DNA of 64,000 nt, from NCBI GenBank assembly GCA_963845755.1, contig CAWJTV010000027.1, positions 32,001-96,000 on the forward strand. Reading direction: 5' to 3'. Under the pieces are notes generated by a model, which saw only the letters and a program-made list of their open reading frames with translations, had not been told where the DNA came from and ran no database searches. Shown here piece by piece: positions 36,189-47,540 of the stretch. Origin of the DNA: an uncultured Planctomycetota bacterium (GTDB lineage: Bacteria > Planctomycetota > Planctomycetia > Isosphaerales > Isosphaeraceae). The position numbers and the translations under genes are program-made. Every line of letters begins with the position of its first letter. Position 1 is the first letter of the stretch.

Positions 36189-37586
36189 ATGGCGACAACT
36201 ACACGATGTCCCAACACGTCCTGCGGCTGCGTCTCGCAACTCGTCGACGATCCGCTGGGCCGGATTTTCCGATGTCCTCGCTGCCTGACGAAACTGCCGA
36301 CCGCACCCGCGGCCGCGGCGGACTCGGGCTGGACGGCGATCATCCGGCCGTCGTTGCGTCCCGGCGCCGGCTCGCGGGATGGCAACTTCCGGACGAGCCG
36401 GGCCATCGCCCGGGGCCGGATGATCCCGGCCGCAGTGGGGGCCGGCTTCGGCGGCTGGGACGACGATCGCTCGGGGTTGGAGAGTGATGAGATACGGATC
36501 GGCGCGCTCGGCCTCGAGGAGGAGAGCGCGTATGGACTCGGGTCCGATCCCGATCTCGGGTTCGACGAGAGCGGTGAGGTGGTCGTGGAGCCGTTCTCGC
36601 GCTCCGGGAGCCTGGTCTCGGCGTGGAGCGGCGCATCGCGGGTCCTTCGGTCCTCGAGAGGCTCGACGATTTTCGGTTCCGGCTCTGCGTCGGCGGCGAG
36701 TGCGTCGGGGGGGATCGGATCGGACGAGGGGCAGCAGTTCGGGCGGTTCCGGGTCCTGGGCGTCCTGGGCGAGGGCCAGCACGCCACGGTCTACCGCGCC
36801 TACGACGCGATCCTCGACCGGGACGTGGCGCTGAAGGTGCCGCGCCAGGGGGTGCTCAGGACGGCCAAGTCGCTCGAGCGGTTCCTGGGCGAGGCCCGGG
36901 CCCAGGCGCGGCTGAGGCATCCCCGGATCGTGCCGGTCTACGAGGCGGGCCGGGCCGGCGATCGGCACTACATCGCCATGGCCCTGATCGAGGGCCAAAG
37001 CCTGTCCGAGCGCCTGGCGGAAGATTCGTTGCCGTTCCGTCGCGCGGCGGAGATCGTCGTCGAATTGGCCGAGGCGCTGGCCTATGCCCACGCCCAGGGG
37101 ATCGTGCATCGGGATGTCAAGCCGGCCAACGTCCGTCTCGACGCCAGCGGTGACGTCTACCTGATGGATTTCGGCATCGCCTATCGCCCCGACTCCGACG
37201 AGGTCCCGGTCCCGCCGGGCACCATCCTCGGCACCCCCGCCTACATCGCCCCCGAGCAGGCGCAAGCGGGGCGTGTCGATGTCCTGCCGGCGAGCGATCA
37301 GTACAGCCTCGGTGTCGTCTTCTATGAGCTGATCTGCGGCCGGCCGCCCTTCGTCGGTCCCCCGTCGTATGTCCTGTTCCACGCGATCCATCACGACCCG
37401 CCCTCACCCCGCTCCGTCGCCCCCAAGATCCCGCGAACCCTGGCCGCCATCTGCGTGAAGGCCCTGGCCAAGCGACCCGACCGCCGCTACTCCGATTGTC
37501 AGCAGTTCGCCGACGATCTCAAGCGATGGCTCCGCCGGGAGACCCCCCTGGTCTGCCGACGAAGCTGGTCGCGGATCGGGCGATGA
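36189..37586 (+). CDS. Ser/Thr protein kinase with N-terminal zinc ribbon
   Basis: CPNTSC...CPRC; LGEGQHATVY, VALKVP, HRDVKPAN, DFG, GTPAYIAPE. Confidence 0.92.
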   Translation: MATTTRCPNTSCGCVSQLVDDPLGRIFRCPRCLTKLPTAPAAAADSGWTAIIRPSLRPGAGSRDGNFRTSRAIARGRMIPAAVGAGFGGWDDDRSGLESDEIRIGALGLEEESAYGLGSDPDLGFDESGEVVVEPFSRSGSLVSAWSGASRVLRSSRGSTIFGSGSASAASASGGIGSDEGQQFGRFRVLGVLGEGQHATVYRAYDAILDRDVALKVPRQGVLRTAKSLERFLGEARAQARLRHPRIVPVYEAGRAGDRHYIAMALIEGQSLSERLAEDSLPFRRAAEIVVELAEALAYAHAQGIVHRDVKPANVRLDASGDVYLMDFGIAYRPDSDEVPVPPGTILGTPAYIAPEQAQAGRVDVLPASDQYSLGVVFYELICGRPPFVGPPSYVLFHAIHHDPPSPRSVAPKIPRTLAAICVKALAKRPDRRYSDCQQFADDLKRWLRRETPLVCRRSWSRIGR

Positions 37587-37655
37587 GTCGAACGGTGGAG
37601 GGACGCCGCCGGCCGGACTTCGAGGTCTCCGCGTGCCCTGCCGAGTACGGTGCGA

Positions 37656-38898
37656 TCAGGGTCTCGCCCGGATGTTCCGCGGGATCGTGTGGAGCGTGAT
37701 CGCCGTGTGGGCGATATCCGCAGCCTGCCCTTGGGGCATGTGGCAGGCGGTGCAGTCGTCGTCGGGCCGCCGGGCCAGTCGCTGGGCGCGGGGCAAGGTG
37801 CAGCCGTGCTCGGCGTGACACTCCAGGCATCGGCCTCGATAATAGGCGACGCGTTCCCCGGCATCCGGAAGCCGGTGCGGGTCGTGGCAGGAGATGCACC
37901 CCAGCTCGCCCCCGCTCTCTCGGTAGCAACGGCTCAGGTGCATCTGCTTGACGTGCCCGACCGCCTGACGCGAGGGAATCGGATCGCCCCGCGCCTCGGG
38001 TACCCGCACGAACCGGTCGAACGGGAGCCCAGGGCGGTAGTCGAATGCGGTTTGGCCGGGCTGGTCCTGTCGCTTCGTCCCCTGCAAATGGCATTGCTCG
38101 CAGACCGACTCGCGCAGGGAGCGCGGCTCCAGATCGGCGGGATTGACGATCGTCCAGTCTCGGCCCTGAACCACCTCCGGCCGACGGGCGTGTAACTCGC
38201 CCGGCCCGTGGCAACGCTCGCAGCCGATCGACAGGCCATGGAACACCGGCGGCCGTCCCTCGTTCATGTCGAATCGATTGGCGTGGCAGAAGAGGCAGCC
38301 CGCGATGATCGGCCGGTCGAAATGGACGTTCATGATCTCATAACGAGGCGAAAGCGCCCAGCGTCGTTCCTGGGCGTACCAGGAGATCGGCGATTGGTAG
38401 AGGCCATCCTTTTTTCCAACCAGGAAGGCCAGCCCGCGTCGTCCCGAGCCGAGTACGTAACGGACTTCCTCCTGGCTCGCGGCGATCGTCCGCCCCTTGT
38501 CATCGTGCTTCTCCTCCCGATGGAACATGTGCCCATCCCGCCGCAGGACGGAATAGACCAGGTCGGCGACCTGGAAGACCACCCCATTGGCCGCGACCTT
38601 GGACTCGGCCGGGGACGACATCGACTGCCCCATCGGGTGCTGGCGATAAGTCCGCGCGATCTCGCCATGACAGCGCGCAAACCTCGTCACCGACATAGGC
38701 CACGCCCGGGATCGTATTCCGATAGGGACTGGAAAGGGGGAGATCCCCGGGCGGCATCTCAGTCGCGCCCGGCTTCGGGGCCATCCACCGCGCCGCCATG
38801 TCCCAGAGGCAGGCCCCGGCCATGACGACGGCCAGGGCTGTCAGTATCCATCGCCGCGGACCCGTAGGCCGGTTGTCCGGGGCACGCTCGTCATCCAT
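37656..38898 (-). CDS. Multiheme c-type cytochrome, about 7 CxxCH (frameshift near 38680)
   Basis: CLFCH, CERCH, CEQCH, CISCH, CLECH, CTACH plus CARCH across the frameshift; N-terminal TM anchor. Confidence 0.85.
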
Positions 38899-38935
38899 TT
38901 CACCCTCTCCGTCATCCGGGAATCCCGACGACCTG

Positions 38936-40027
38936 TCAGAATGATCGGGCCGAGGCGGGGACGGTCCAGATCGGGGGTTTCCCGTCGAGGTGAGGATGAG
39001 GGCCCGACAGGACGGGGGACCGGATTCCCGGCAGGAGCTGGATGTCGAAGATCTCCTCGACACCGGTGTGGAACTCCAGGAGGGCCATCTGGCGGCCGGA
39101 GTTGAGGTCGACGACGGCGACCCCGCACTTGAGCGACTCGCGGTTCTCGGCGATGGGCAGGCCGCCGAAGGTCGAGGTCTCGCGGATCCGCGACAGGCCG
39201 ACGAACGCGAAGGTGGAGAGCATCGCCAGGCCGCGGGTATAGCCGGGGAGCTCGGTGACGGTCGTAACCCGGCCTTGGGCGAGGTCGGCGACGACCAGTT
39301 GGCCGCGGCCGGAATTGAGCAGCCAGGTCCGACCCGCGTGGATGCGGGGCGAGTGCGGCATGGCCAGCCCGCGGACCAAGGTCTCGCCGCTCTCCACGTC
39401 GATCAGGCACCCCGACGTCGCCTTGGACTGCCGCCAGCCCCCCGCATCATTGGTCTCGCCGAGGGCCGTGACCAGCTTGGCGCGCCCCTCGGCGCACGCC
39501 AGGCCATTCAAGTGGCAGCGATCCTCGGCGGCGAGCGCCGAGATGAACTTCGGCTTCCAGCGAGGCACGAAGCTGTGCCGATCATCGAGCGTGGCCAGGC
39601 ACGAGAAGCCCGTGTTGACCACCCAGAGCTCGTCCCCCAACCACGCTAGCTCGTGCGCCTGGATGTCCCCAGTGAAATGCGCCGATTGCGCCAGGAAACA
39701 CGCCTCGTGCTGGCCGGCCGGCTCGATCCGCCGCGCGATCTCGGGGTCGTCCCTCAAGAACCAGATGGCCGCTCGGGCTCCCACCGCCACCCGCCCGGCG
39801 CGCACCGCCATCCCCATGGCCCTCTCGAAGTTGTGGTAGGACAACTCCAATCCATCCGGGCCGACCCCCACGGCAACCACCTTGCCCGCCTGGTACGTCG
39901 AGACCAGCAGCGAGGCACCCAGGTGCTCCAGGATCCGGGGCCAGTTCTGCGTGTACTCATGACGGACTTCGCGCGTGAGAGCGCTCTCCGGCTTGATCCC
40001 ACTCTCCGCCGTTTCGGATCGCTCCAA
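38936..40027 (-). CDS. TIGR03032 (DUF4915) family protein
   Basis: SLLVSTYQAGK, VVNTGFSCL, EDRCHLNG, MPHSPR, LPGYTRGL, FVGLSRIRE. Confidence 0.9.
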   Translation of the reverse strand: MERSETAESGIKPESALTREVRHEYTQNWPRILEHLGASLLVSTYQAGKVVAVGVGPDGLELSYHNFERAMGMAVRAGRVAVGARAAIWFLRDDPEIARRIEPAGQHEACFLAQSAHFTGDIQAHELAWLGDELWVVNTGFSCLATLDDRHSFVPRWKPKFISALAAEDRCHLNGLACAEGRAKLVTALGETNDAGGWRQSKATSGCLIDVESGETLVRGLAMPHSPRIHAGRTWLLNSGRGQLVVADLAQGRVTTVTELPGYTRGLAMLSTFAFVGLSRIRETSTFGGLPIAENRESLKCGVAVVDLNSGRQMALLEFHTGVEEIFDIQLLPGIRSPVLSGPHPHLDGKPPIWTVPASARSF

Positions 40028-40269
40028 GACTGTGCCCTCTCGTTATCGGGTGATTCCAGTCGAACGCATCAAGTCGCTTCGCGATGTCGTGCCCTTGAGC
40101 ATCGTAACATCCCGGAGCGGCGAAGACACAAGCAAAATCAGTATCTTGATGAGTCGCGCGAGGTGCAGTACGCTCGTGTCAGCGGCGGCATTGAAGAGGG
40201 TCGCCGTGAGCCACGATCGACCGCACCGCACTGAGTCCCATGAAAACCGATCGGCGGCCGGCCTATTAT

Positions 40270-40720
40270 TCTTCCTTCGCCGGTGCTCATCACACCTGTG
40301 GGTACAATAACACTTTGGCGAGTGCTGCCCACATGGAAACAGGCACTGGATGCCCCAGGTGCGGTCCAGATGGGGATCCTCCGGAAGGTCTTCGAGGCGC
40401 GTCCGAAGTGGTGGCACCTGGTGCCGGACCAGAGCATTCTCGCCGGCGGCGGCGAGACCCATGGAACCGTGCTGCATCTGGCCGCGCGGCACAAGGATGG
40501 AAGATGGCTCTTGGTCTATCTGGGCGACAAGGCCACCTTCGCCATCGACCGGAGCAAGTTCACCGGAGGAAGCCACGCCGGCGCATCCTGGATCAACCCA
40601 CGGACGGGTGAATCCCTGCCCATTGGCGAGATTCCGAACACCGGCGTGCAGCGGTTCACGACACCGGAGGCTGGGAAGATGCCCTATTGATCCTGGAGCC
40701 GCCCGGCGCGAGGGCACGCG
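40270..40720 (+). pseudogene. C-terminal remnant of DUF4038/GH140 (apiosidase-like) protein with collagen-binding-like domain
   Basis: WKQALDAPGAVQMG...WWHLVPDQSIL...WLLVYL...WINPRTGE; no N-terminal catalytic domain. Confidence 0.55.
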
Positions 40721-41693
40721 TCTCGTCCAGGTCGTAGACGACCGAGACCACAAATCAATCCATCCGAACTTCAGTTTAGGGGTACGTCGGTTAATTCCTT
40801 GAACGCCCTTGATCCTTGAGTTGCGGATCGTCGTGAGATGCGAGCAACCACCTCATCTTGCGAAACATGAGCCGGGGGTCCACTGTGTACAATCTCGCCC
40901 TTCGAGCCGTTAGAATGTCGTGGGGCGTCACATCTCGCTAGTTGAACGCAGCCCGGGACCGCCTTACCACGCCCCGGTACGAGGCGGAGGAATCCGGGCC
41001 AAAACCTGCAAAGGAGTTGGTCATGAATCACGTCTTGCATCCAGGGAAGTCGCTCGATCTACAGCAGGGCGACAAGGACGAGGTCCAGAATCATTTCGAA
41101 ACACGAAGGGGACTACACGATCGCGTTTCACACCCACCCCTTGGTCGTGAAACACACGCTCAAGGCCGGTCACCACGTTGCGATTGTCGTCCCGGACGGC
41201 GGCGTCACGATCGCGAACGACGGGAAGGTCGAACTGACGATCACCACCCCCAAGTGATCGCCGTTCGCCGATCTGGAGAGGCGACGCGAGCCACGACCGG
41301 CTGGCCGCGGTGGTGCGGCTGCGTATCGTCGCCGAGTCGTAATTCTTTCAGAATTGCACATGCCGATGGACGACCGGCGTGGTGATGCGGGTGAACCGGC
41401 GGCCGATCGGGGGATTCCTCCCGATCACGAACGCGCGCGACCCCGCCGGTTCGTCGCGAGAGCCGGGACCAGTCCGGAGCATCCGGCCGGCCCTTTTTCC
41501 ATGTCGGCTGCGACGTTGGGGCCGGGAGGAAGACACGGCGGATCGTCCCCAGCGATGGAAGCGATCCGCCGTTTTTCTCGGATCCGTCGATCCGATGATG
41601 AACGGTTGAATTCGGCCCGCAAGATAAGGTTTATCCGTCTCGTTCCCTCGGCCTGTTTGCGTTTGGTTACCTGAGCCCGACATTGGATCTCCC

Positions 41694-42689
41694 ATGGCGG
41701 ACACCCTGCAAACGGTTCAATGGTCCCTCGGTGCCGATGGTCATCGCGGTGGCGGCCTCTGGCTCCCACCGGGGTATCAGCCCATCGAGGACGTCCTCTG
41801 GGAATCGATCCGCGGTTTGGGCCTCGAGCAACGGATGCGGGCCACGTTCGAGATCACCGAACCCCTCTGGTATGGCCTCTGGATCGGCAGCCCCCTGACT
41901 GCCAACCAGTGCTCGCTCCTGCAAGCGGTGTTGACGGAGACGGCTCGGTTGGAGCCGGGCTACGCGAAACATATCCAGGACTTCGTCCGTGCGCTGGCCG
42001 ACTCCGTCGAGACCGGCGAACCGCTCGGCGTGGAACTGGCACCACCCGGGCACATCGATTTCGGCTGGATCACGACGTTCGTCCACTGCCCGCGCTGCAA
42101 GGCCGAGGGTCCCGTGAAACGATGGCAGGAGACCTATTCCCAGGATGTCCTGGAATGTCCCGTCTGCCGTTACTCGTATTCTCCCGCCGCGACGTATTCC
42201 ACCGAACGCGAGCTCTTCGCCGAGACCGTGCAGTGTCCGTCATGCCAGGCCGTGCATCGCGTCCGGGACTTCTCCGATGATGAGATCCAAATCCTGGAAG
42301 ATCGCCATGCGTTCGAAGCCTCCCGCGACGAGTTGAGCTGGCTTCGACGTGTCGAGGAGTTCTATCGGCGCCATCCGGGACTTGAAGGCGAGATCAAGCC
42401 GCATTTCTTGATGGTTCTTGAGTCGCATGAGCCGGGGGTCCGAGAATTGATGATGGCCGGCATCCCGTTCGACGAGATCGAGCTTCCCTCAGATGAAGCG
42501 GGTCGCCTCGATCGTTCACGTGCCTGGTCCGAGGATGATCGGGAAATCATCGATTACTTGCGTCATCATCACTGGTTTTCGCTTCCGGATCGGATGAAGT
42601 ACGTCGAGCAATCGATCGAGGAGTTGGCTTGGCGGCTCTTTCAAGGGTCCGCGGTGAGGTGTTCCCGATGTGGTGGAGAACTCGGCTGA
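41694..42689 (+). CDS. Hypothetical protein with four CxxC pairs
   Basis: 331-aa ORF with CPRC, CPVC, CPSC, CSRC. Confidence 0.65.
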   Translation: MADTLQTVQWSLGADGHRGGGLWLPPGYQPIEDVLWESIRGLGLEQRMRATFEITEPLWYGLWIGSPLTANQCSLLQAVLTETARLEPGYAKHIQDFVRALADSVETGEPLGVELAPPGHIDFGWITTFVHCPRCKAEGPVKRWQETYSQDVLECPVCRYSYSPAATYSTERELFAETVQCPSCQAVHRVRDFSDDEIQILEDRHAFEASRDELSWLRRVEEFYRRHPGLEGEIKPHFLMVLESHEPGVRELMMAGIPFDEIELPSDEAGRLDRSRAWSEDDREIIDYLRHHHWFSLPDRMKYVEQSIEELAWRLFQGSAVRCSRCGGELG

Positions 42690-42715
42690 CCTCGAAATGG
42701 TCGATACGGGCGCGT

Positions 42716-43609
42716 CTACGAACTGACCTGCTCGCGCGTGAGCTCTCCGAACAGCTCCGGCCGGCGCGTTCGCAGCATGTAGTTGGCCAGGGCCCGTTCG
42801 CGGGCGATCGAGGCGGCGTCGAGCGTCGCCACGATCATCTCCTCGCGGATGCGCTCCTCCTGCGTGCTGGCGATCAACTCGCCGTCGGGGCCCCAGATCA
42901 GGGCGGCGCCGGCATGGTGGGGTTGATTCTCGCTGCCCCGCGGCCAGAGGTCGACATATCCCGCGCGGCCGACCTGGTCGGCCAGCATCGCGAAGCACGC
43001 ATTCTCGCGCGCTCTTAGGGCATATTTCTTGAGGAAATGATGCGAGTAGCGGCGCGCCGCGGCCTCGCTTTCGGGCGTGTCGTCCCAGAGCTTGAACCGG
43101 CCGGCGTGCGGCATCAGGATCAGCTCGGCGCCGCGCAGGGCCAGCACGCGGGCGACCTCGGGGAACTGGTTGTCGTAGCAGATGACGATCCCGACCTGGC
43201 ATGGGCCGACGTCGAAGACGGGGATCTCGCGGCCCCCCTTGTAATAGAACACCTCGTCGCGCGAGAGGTGCAGCTTCCTCTGCTTGCCGATGTAGCCCCG
43301 CGGGCCGACCAGGACCTGCGTATTGAAGACGATGTCGCGTTCCTTCTCGCTCATCCCGGCGCAGACCACCAGGCGATGCCGGCTGGCGATCTCGATCAGC
43401 CGGCGGACGCTCGGCCCTTCCGGGACGGGCTCGGCCAGCTCCCAGGTATTCGGCGTGCAGTGGCCGTGGATGACCAGCTCGGGGAACAGGACCAGGTCCG
43501 CCCCTTCCGCCACGGCTTTCGCACACCAGGCGTCGATGGCCTGGAGGACCCGTTCGGGTTCACCGAGGAATCCGTTCATGCTCACCGCGGCCACTCGTGT
43601 CGTTCGCAT
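42716..43609 (-). CDS. Carbon-nitrogen hydrolase (nitrilase family)
   Basis: Catalytic triad contexts LFPEL, QRKLHL, ICYDNQFPE. Confidence 0.92.
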   Translation of the reverse strand: MRTTRVAAVSMNGFLGEPERVLQAIDAWCAKAVAEGADLVLFPELVIHGHCTPNTWELAEPVPEGPSVRRLIEIASRHRLVVCAGMSEKERDIVFNTQVLVGPRGYIGKQRKLHLSRDEVFYYKGGREIPVFDVGPCQVGIVICYDNQFPEVARVLALRGAELILMPHAGRFKLWDDTPESEAAARRYSHHFLKKYALRARENACFAMLADQVGRAGYVDLWPRGSENQPHHAGAALIWGPDGELIASTQEERIREEMIVATLDAASIARERALANYMLRTRRPELFGELTREQVSS

Positions 43610-43694
43610 ATCGTGTCTCTCCGGTAAGGACCCACTCTATTGTGCGTGGTCTTCCTCTCGATCACAATCTTGGAGCAGTCAGCGACTGGCCGTT

Positions 43695-43754
43695 GTAGGG
43701 TGGGTGAAACCCACCAATCTCAGGCCGCGTCTCGGTGGGTTTCACCCACCCTAC
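43695..43754. repeat. GTAG-type REP doublet
   Basis: GTAGGGTGGGTGAAACCCACC...GGTGGGTTTCACCCACCCTAC. Confidence 0.85.
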
Positions 43755-43767
43755 AGAGGAGGATCGC

Positions 43768-45426
43768 ATGCCAGGTTCCCTGATCCCGATCGCGGCGCTA
43801 CTGGCCGCCCTCCTGCCCGGCGCCGAGCCGACCGCGCCCCGGAACGATTCGATCTGCCAGCGCGACCTGAAGGCCGACCTCTTCTTCCTGGCCGGCGACC
43901 GGTTCCGCGGCCGGTTGACCGCGACCCCCGAAAACGACCTGGCCGCCGAGTTCATCGCCTCGCGGTTCCAGCGGCTGGGGCTCAAACGCATCGGGGACGA
44001 CGGGTCTTATTATCATCGGTTCAACCTGACGACGGCGAGTCTCGGCCCGGCCAACAGTTTGACATACTTCACTGGGGAGAACGTGTACGTACAGCTCTCC
44101 TTGGGCCAGGAGTTCATTCCCCTGTATTTCTGCCCCGGTGCAACGCTGGCTACGAGGAGTGGTTCTGTCATGTTCGCCGGCTTCGGCCTCCATGCTGCTG
44201 ACAAGGGCCACGACGATTACCAAGGTCTGGATGTGAGGAAAAAAATCGTTCTGGTCTTCGATCACGAGCCGGGCGAGAATGACCCCAAGAGCCCGTTTGA
44301 TGGCGTCGTCATGAGTGAAGTTGCGACGCAATGGCGGAAGGTCATCACCGCACAGGAGAGAGGGGCCGCGGGCATCCTCTTTGTGGCCGATCTCCACAAC
44401 CACACGGGATCGGAGAACTTCGAAGCCATCGTCCACTCCGCCTGGCCCGAAAAACCGCCGCGAATCCCGCGCTACATGCTTCAGGATTGGGCCGATCAAG
44501 TCCACATCCCCGCAGCCCAGATCTCGATCGCGCTGGCCCGGACGCTGTTGCGCGAAACGAAGAGATCGCTTGAGGATCTGGCACGTTCGGCGGAGGAACC
44601 GAACGTGAGATGGGACGAAATCTATAACCACCAGATCGATCTCAAGACCGACGTCCGCCATCACATCGTCCCCGACCGCAACGTCCTGGCCGCGCTCGAG
44701 GGGAGCGACCCGAAGCTCAAGGACGAGTGGGTCGTCATCTCCTGCCACCATGACCACAACGGCGCCGACGAGAACCAGGTCTTCAACGGCGCCGACGACA
44801 ACGGCTCCGGCGTCGTGGGCCTGCTCGAGATCGCCGAGGCTTACGCCCTCGCCGCCCAGGAGGGCCATCGACCGAAGCGATCGATCCTGTTCATCTCGTT
44901 CGATTCCGAGGAACGCGGATTGCTCGGCTCCTGGGCGTTCGTCGAGCGCCCGCCGGTGCCGCTGGATCACATCGTCGCCGTGCTCAACATGGACATGGTC
45001 GGCCGCGACGAGGAGGTCCCGGAGGGGGGCGGTCCTCGGTTCCGGGGCTTGCCGGTCCAATCCGCCGAGTCGAACCACAACGCCTTCAACCTGCTGGGCC
45101 ACAGCCGCAGCGCCGGGCTCACCCAGGTCATCGACCAGGCGAACGCCCCGTTCGGCCTGACGATCAAGAAGGTCCTGGATGACAACAGCTCGCAACTCTT
45201 GAGACGCAGCGACCAGTGGCCGTTCCTCCAGAGCGGCGTCCCGGCCGTGTTTATCCACACCGGGCTGCACCCCGACTACCACACACCCGGCGACCGGCCC
45301 GAGCGGATCAACTACCCGAAGATGGAGCGAATCGTCCGCCTGGTGCACCAGGCGAGCTGGGACCTGGCCCAGCAGCCGGGGCGTCCCCGGCTCGATGCAA
45401 AGGCACCGGGGACGACCAAGCATTGA
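43768..45426 (+). CDS. M28 family peptidase with PA domain, secreted
   Basis: Signal peptide; HHDH, NGADDNGSG, SEERGLLGS, NMDMVGR, RSDQWPF, DYHTPGD. Confidence 0.92.
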   Translation: MPGSLIPIAALLAALLPGAEPTAPRNDSICQRDLKADLFFLAGDRFRGRLTATPENDLAAEFIASRFQRLGLKRIGDDGSYYHRFNLTTASLGPANSLTYFTGENVYVQLSLGQEFIPLYFCPGATLATRSGSVMFAGFGLHAADKGHDDYQGLDVRKKIVLVFDHEPGENDPKSPFDGVVMSEVATQWRKVITAQERGAAGILFVADLHNHTGSENFEAIVHSAWPEKPPRIPRYMLQDWADQVHIPAAQISIALARTLLRETKRSLEDLARSAEEPNVRWDEIYNHQIDLKTDVRHHIVPDRNVLAALEGSDPKLKDEWVVISCHHDHNGADENQVFNGADDNGSGVVGLLEIAEAYALAAQEGHRPKRSILFISFDSEERGLLGSWAFVERPPVPLDHIVAVLNMDMVGRDEEVPEGGGPRFRGLPVQSAESNHNAFNLLGHSRSAGLTQVIDQANAPFGLTIKKVLDDNSSQLLRRSDQWPFLQSGVPAVFIHTGLHPDYHTPGDRPERINYPKMERIVRLVHQASWDLAQQPGRPRLDAKAPGTTKH

Positions 45427-45485
45427 GCCGCGATCCGACCCATTTCACTCCCGCCGGGGTGACGGCCCGCCAGATGGAGTCCTGC

Positions 45486-46478
45486 TCAGGCCAGCGGCAT
45501 CCCGTAGACGTCCTTCCACTCGCGGGTCCCGGCGAGCTCGAGTCCGATCCGGGCGATCTCCAGGTTCTCCTCGGGCGTGAGGGGCTGGGCCCGGGCGACG
45601 ACGGCGGCGGCCTTCTCGAGCTCGGCGATGTTCTCCAGGCCGATCACCGCGACGGCGATCCCCGGGATCGACAGGGCGTAGCGGATCGCCTTCTCGTAGT
45701 GTTTCTCGTCCACCTTGAAGCCGGCTTCCGGCCGCACCGCGCCCCCGAGCACTTTCATGGCGACCAGGCCCACGTTCATGTGTTGGGCCCGGCTCCAGAC
45801 CTTGTGCTCGAAGTCATACGTGTGCTGGACGACGAAGTTAACCGCGTTCATCAGCACGTCGATCTCGCCGCCGTCGAGCGCCTGGTGGAAGCGGGTCGGG
45901 TGGAGATGGCCGCTGGCGCCGATGAACCGGATGACGCCCTGCTTTTTCGCCTCGCGCAGCGCGCCCATGGCCCCGCGGTCGCCGAAGACGAGCTTCTGGT
46001 CGCCCCAGACATTCGCATCGCCGAAATTGTGCAGGTGGACCAGATCGATCCGGTCGGTCCGCATCCGCTTGAGGCTCTGCCTGAGCAGCTTCCAGGTCCC
46101 CTCGTAGGTGGGCTCCTCGGTCTTGGTGACGAGGAAGACCTTGTCGCGGATCTCGGCGATCGCCGGGCCCATCTTCTCCTCGGCGAAGCCGGTCTCGGGA
46201 TTGCCGTAGGTGGGCGCCGTGTCCAGGTAGTTGACCCCCAACTCTACGGCGCGGTGGAGCGTGGCGCGGACGTCGTCGGGCGTGACCGGCTTCCGCTGGA
46301 AGTAGGCGCAGCCGATGCCGAGCCGGGACACCCGAGCACCCGTGCGGCCCAGCACGGCATCGGGCACCTTTTTCGGCGGCTCGTCCGCAACCGCTCCGGC
46401 CGCGGCCAGCCCGCCGAGCAGGACGCCACTCCCCTTGACGAAGTCGCGACGGGAAAACGCATGTTCCTGTTGAGGCAT
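45486..46478 (-). CDS. Aldo/keto reductase with Tat signal
   Basis: SRRDFVK; GVNYLDTAPTYG, FLVTK, SLKRMRTDRIDLVHLH. Confidence 0.9.
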   Translation of the reverse strand: MPQQEHAFSRRDFVKGSGVLLGGLAAAGAVADEPPKKVPDAVLGRTGARVSRLGIGCAYFQRKPVTPDDVRATLHRAVELGVNYLDTAPTYGNPETGFAEEKMGPAIAEIRDKVFLVTKTEEPTYEGTWKLLRQSLKRMRTDRIDLVHLHNFGDANVWGDQKLVFGDRGAMGALREAKKQGVIRFIGASGHLHPTRFHQALDGGEIDVLMNAVNFVVQHTYDFEHKVWSRAQHMNVGLVAMKVLGGAVRPEAGFKVDEKHYEKAIRYALSIPGIAVAVIGLENIAELEKAAAVVARAQPLTPEENLEIARIGLELAGTREWKDVYGMPLA

Positions 46479-46789
46479 GGTCGTCTCTCCCTGTTGGCTT
46501 GAGGATCGGGGCTCCTCCTTTCGACTTTACCAGACAGCGACGGCCAAATGCAGGTCCGAGGCACGCATCCGAGGCCCTGATCGAGGAGCGAAGCCGAGGC
46601 GAGTCGGGCGCCGGACAATTCCACGGCCACCAAGAAAGCAAGAGATTCGGATCCGAAACCAAGGCCCCCGCGACACCAGGGCCCTCAGACTGCTCCCGGT
46701 TTCTGCTCCTATAAGTGCGATAGCGAAGGTCAACCACGTCGTGGTACGCTCGATTGGTTCTACGACTCGAGTTCCGGGCGGAGATCCCG

Positions 46790-47077
46790 ATGACCCTCAC
46801 CGTTCACCTGCCGGACGACCTTGAGAGGCGGCTCCGAGATCGCGCGTCTCGCGACGGGCGGGCGGTCGAGGAATACGTCCTCCGGCTCATCGAGCAGGAT
46901 GCGGCCGGGCCGGGGAGCGACCAGGTCGTTGAGGTTTCCGGCCTCCACCCGGGCCAGCCTCCCGAGATCTCCGACGGCGAATTCGAACACCTCCTCGACG
47001 AGCTGGCGTCCGGGCCCGGGTTGCCGCATCTGCCCGCCGACTTCTCGCGGGCGGACATCTACGCCGACCACGACTGA
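46790..47077 (+). CDS. Putative antitoxin (ribbon-helix-helix-like)
   Basis: MTLTVHLPDDLERRLRDRA...FSRADIYADHD; stop overlaps PIN gene. Confidence 0.7.
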   Translation: MTLTVHLPDDLERRLRDRASRDGRAVEEYVLRLIEQDAAGPGSDQVVEVSGLHPGQPPEISDGEFEHLLDELASGPGLPHLPADFSRADIYADHD

Positions 47078-47540
47078 TACTCGTACTCGTCAACTCCGGC
47101 ATCCTGCTCCGGCTCCTGAAGCCCAGCGACCCGCAGCACGCGGCGATCCGTGGTGTGGTGCGTGCCCTCCGAAGGCGCGGCGATACCCTCGTCACGGCCG
47201 CCCAGAACGTGGCCGAATTCGGGAATGTCTGCACGCGTCCGGTCTCGGCTCGCGGGGATACGGCCTCTCGATCGCCGAGGCCGATCGGCGCCTGCGCGTC
47301 ATCGAGCGACTCTTCCAGGTCCTCCCCGACAGCCCGGCCGCCTACCAGGCCTGGCGAAGGCTGATCGTCACCCACGTAGTCCAGGGCGTCCAGGTGCACG
47401 ACGCCCGGCTCGTCGCGCTCATGCAGGTTAACGGAATCGCTCACATCTTGACGCTCAACGGCAGCGACTTCACCCGCTACCCGGGCATCCTGCCAATCGC
47501 CCCGACGAGCCTTCCGCCCCCGTCGCAAGCAACACCGTGA
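47077..47540 (+). pseudogene. VapC/PIN toxin, probably inactivated
   Basis: ILVLVNSGILLR...QNVAEFGNVCTRP...VHDARLVALM...HILTLNGSDF; ATA at expected start, N at the first catalytic D position, frameshift near 47255. Confidence 0.7.

Noticed and set aside
40720..41690. Short overlapping ORFs
   Set aside because: No recognisable motifs; probably decayed sequence
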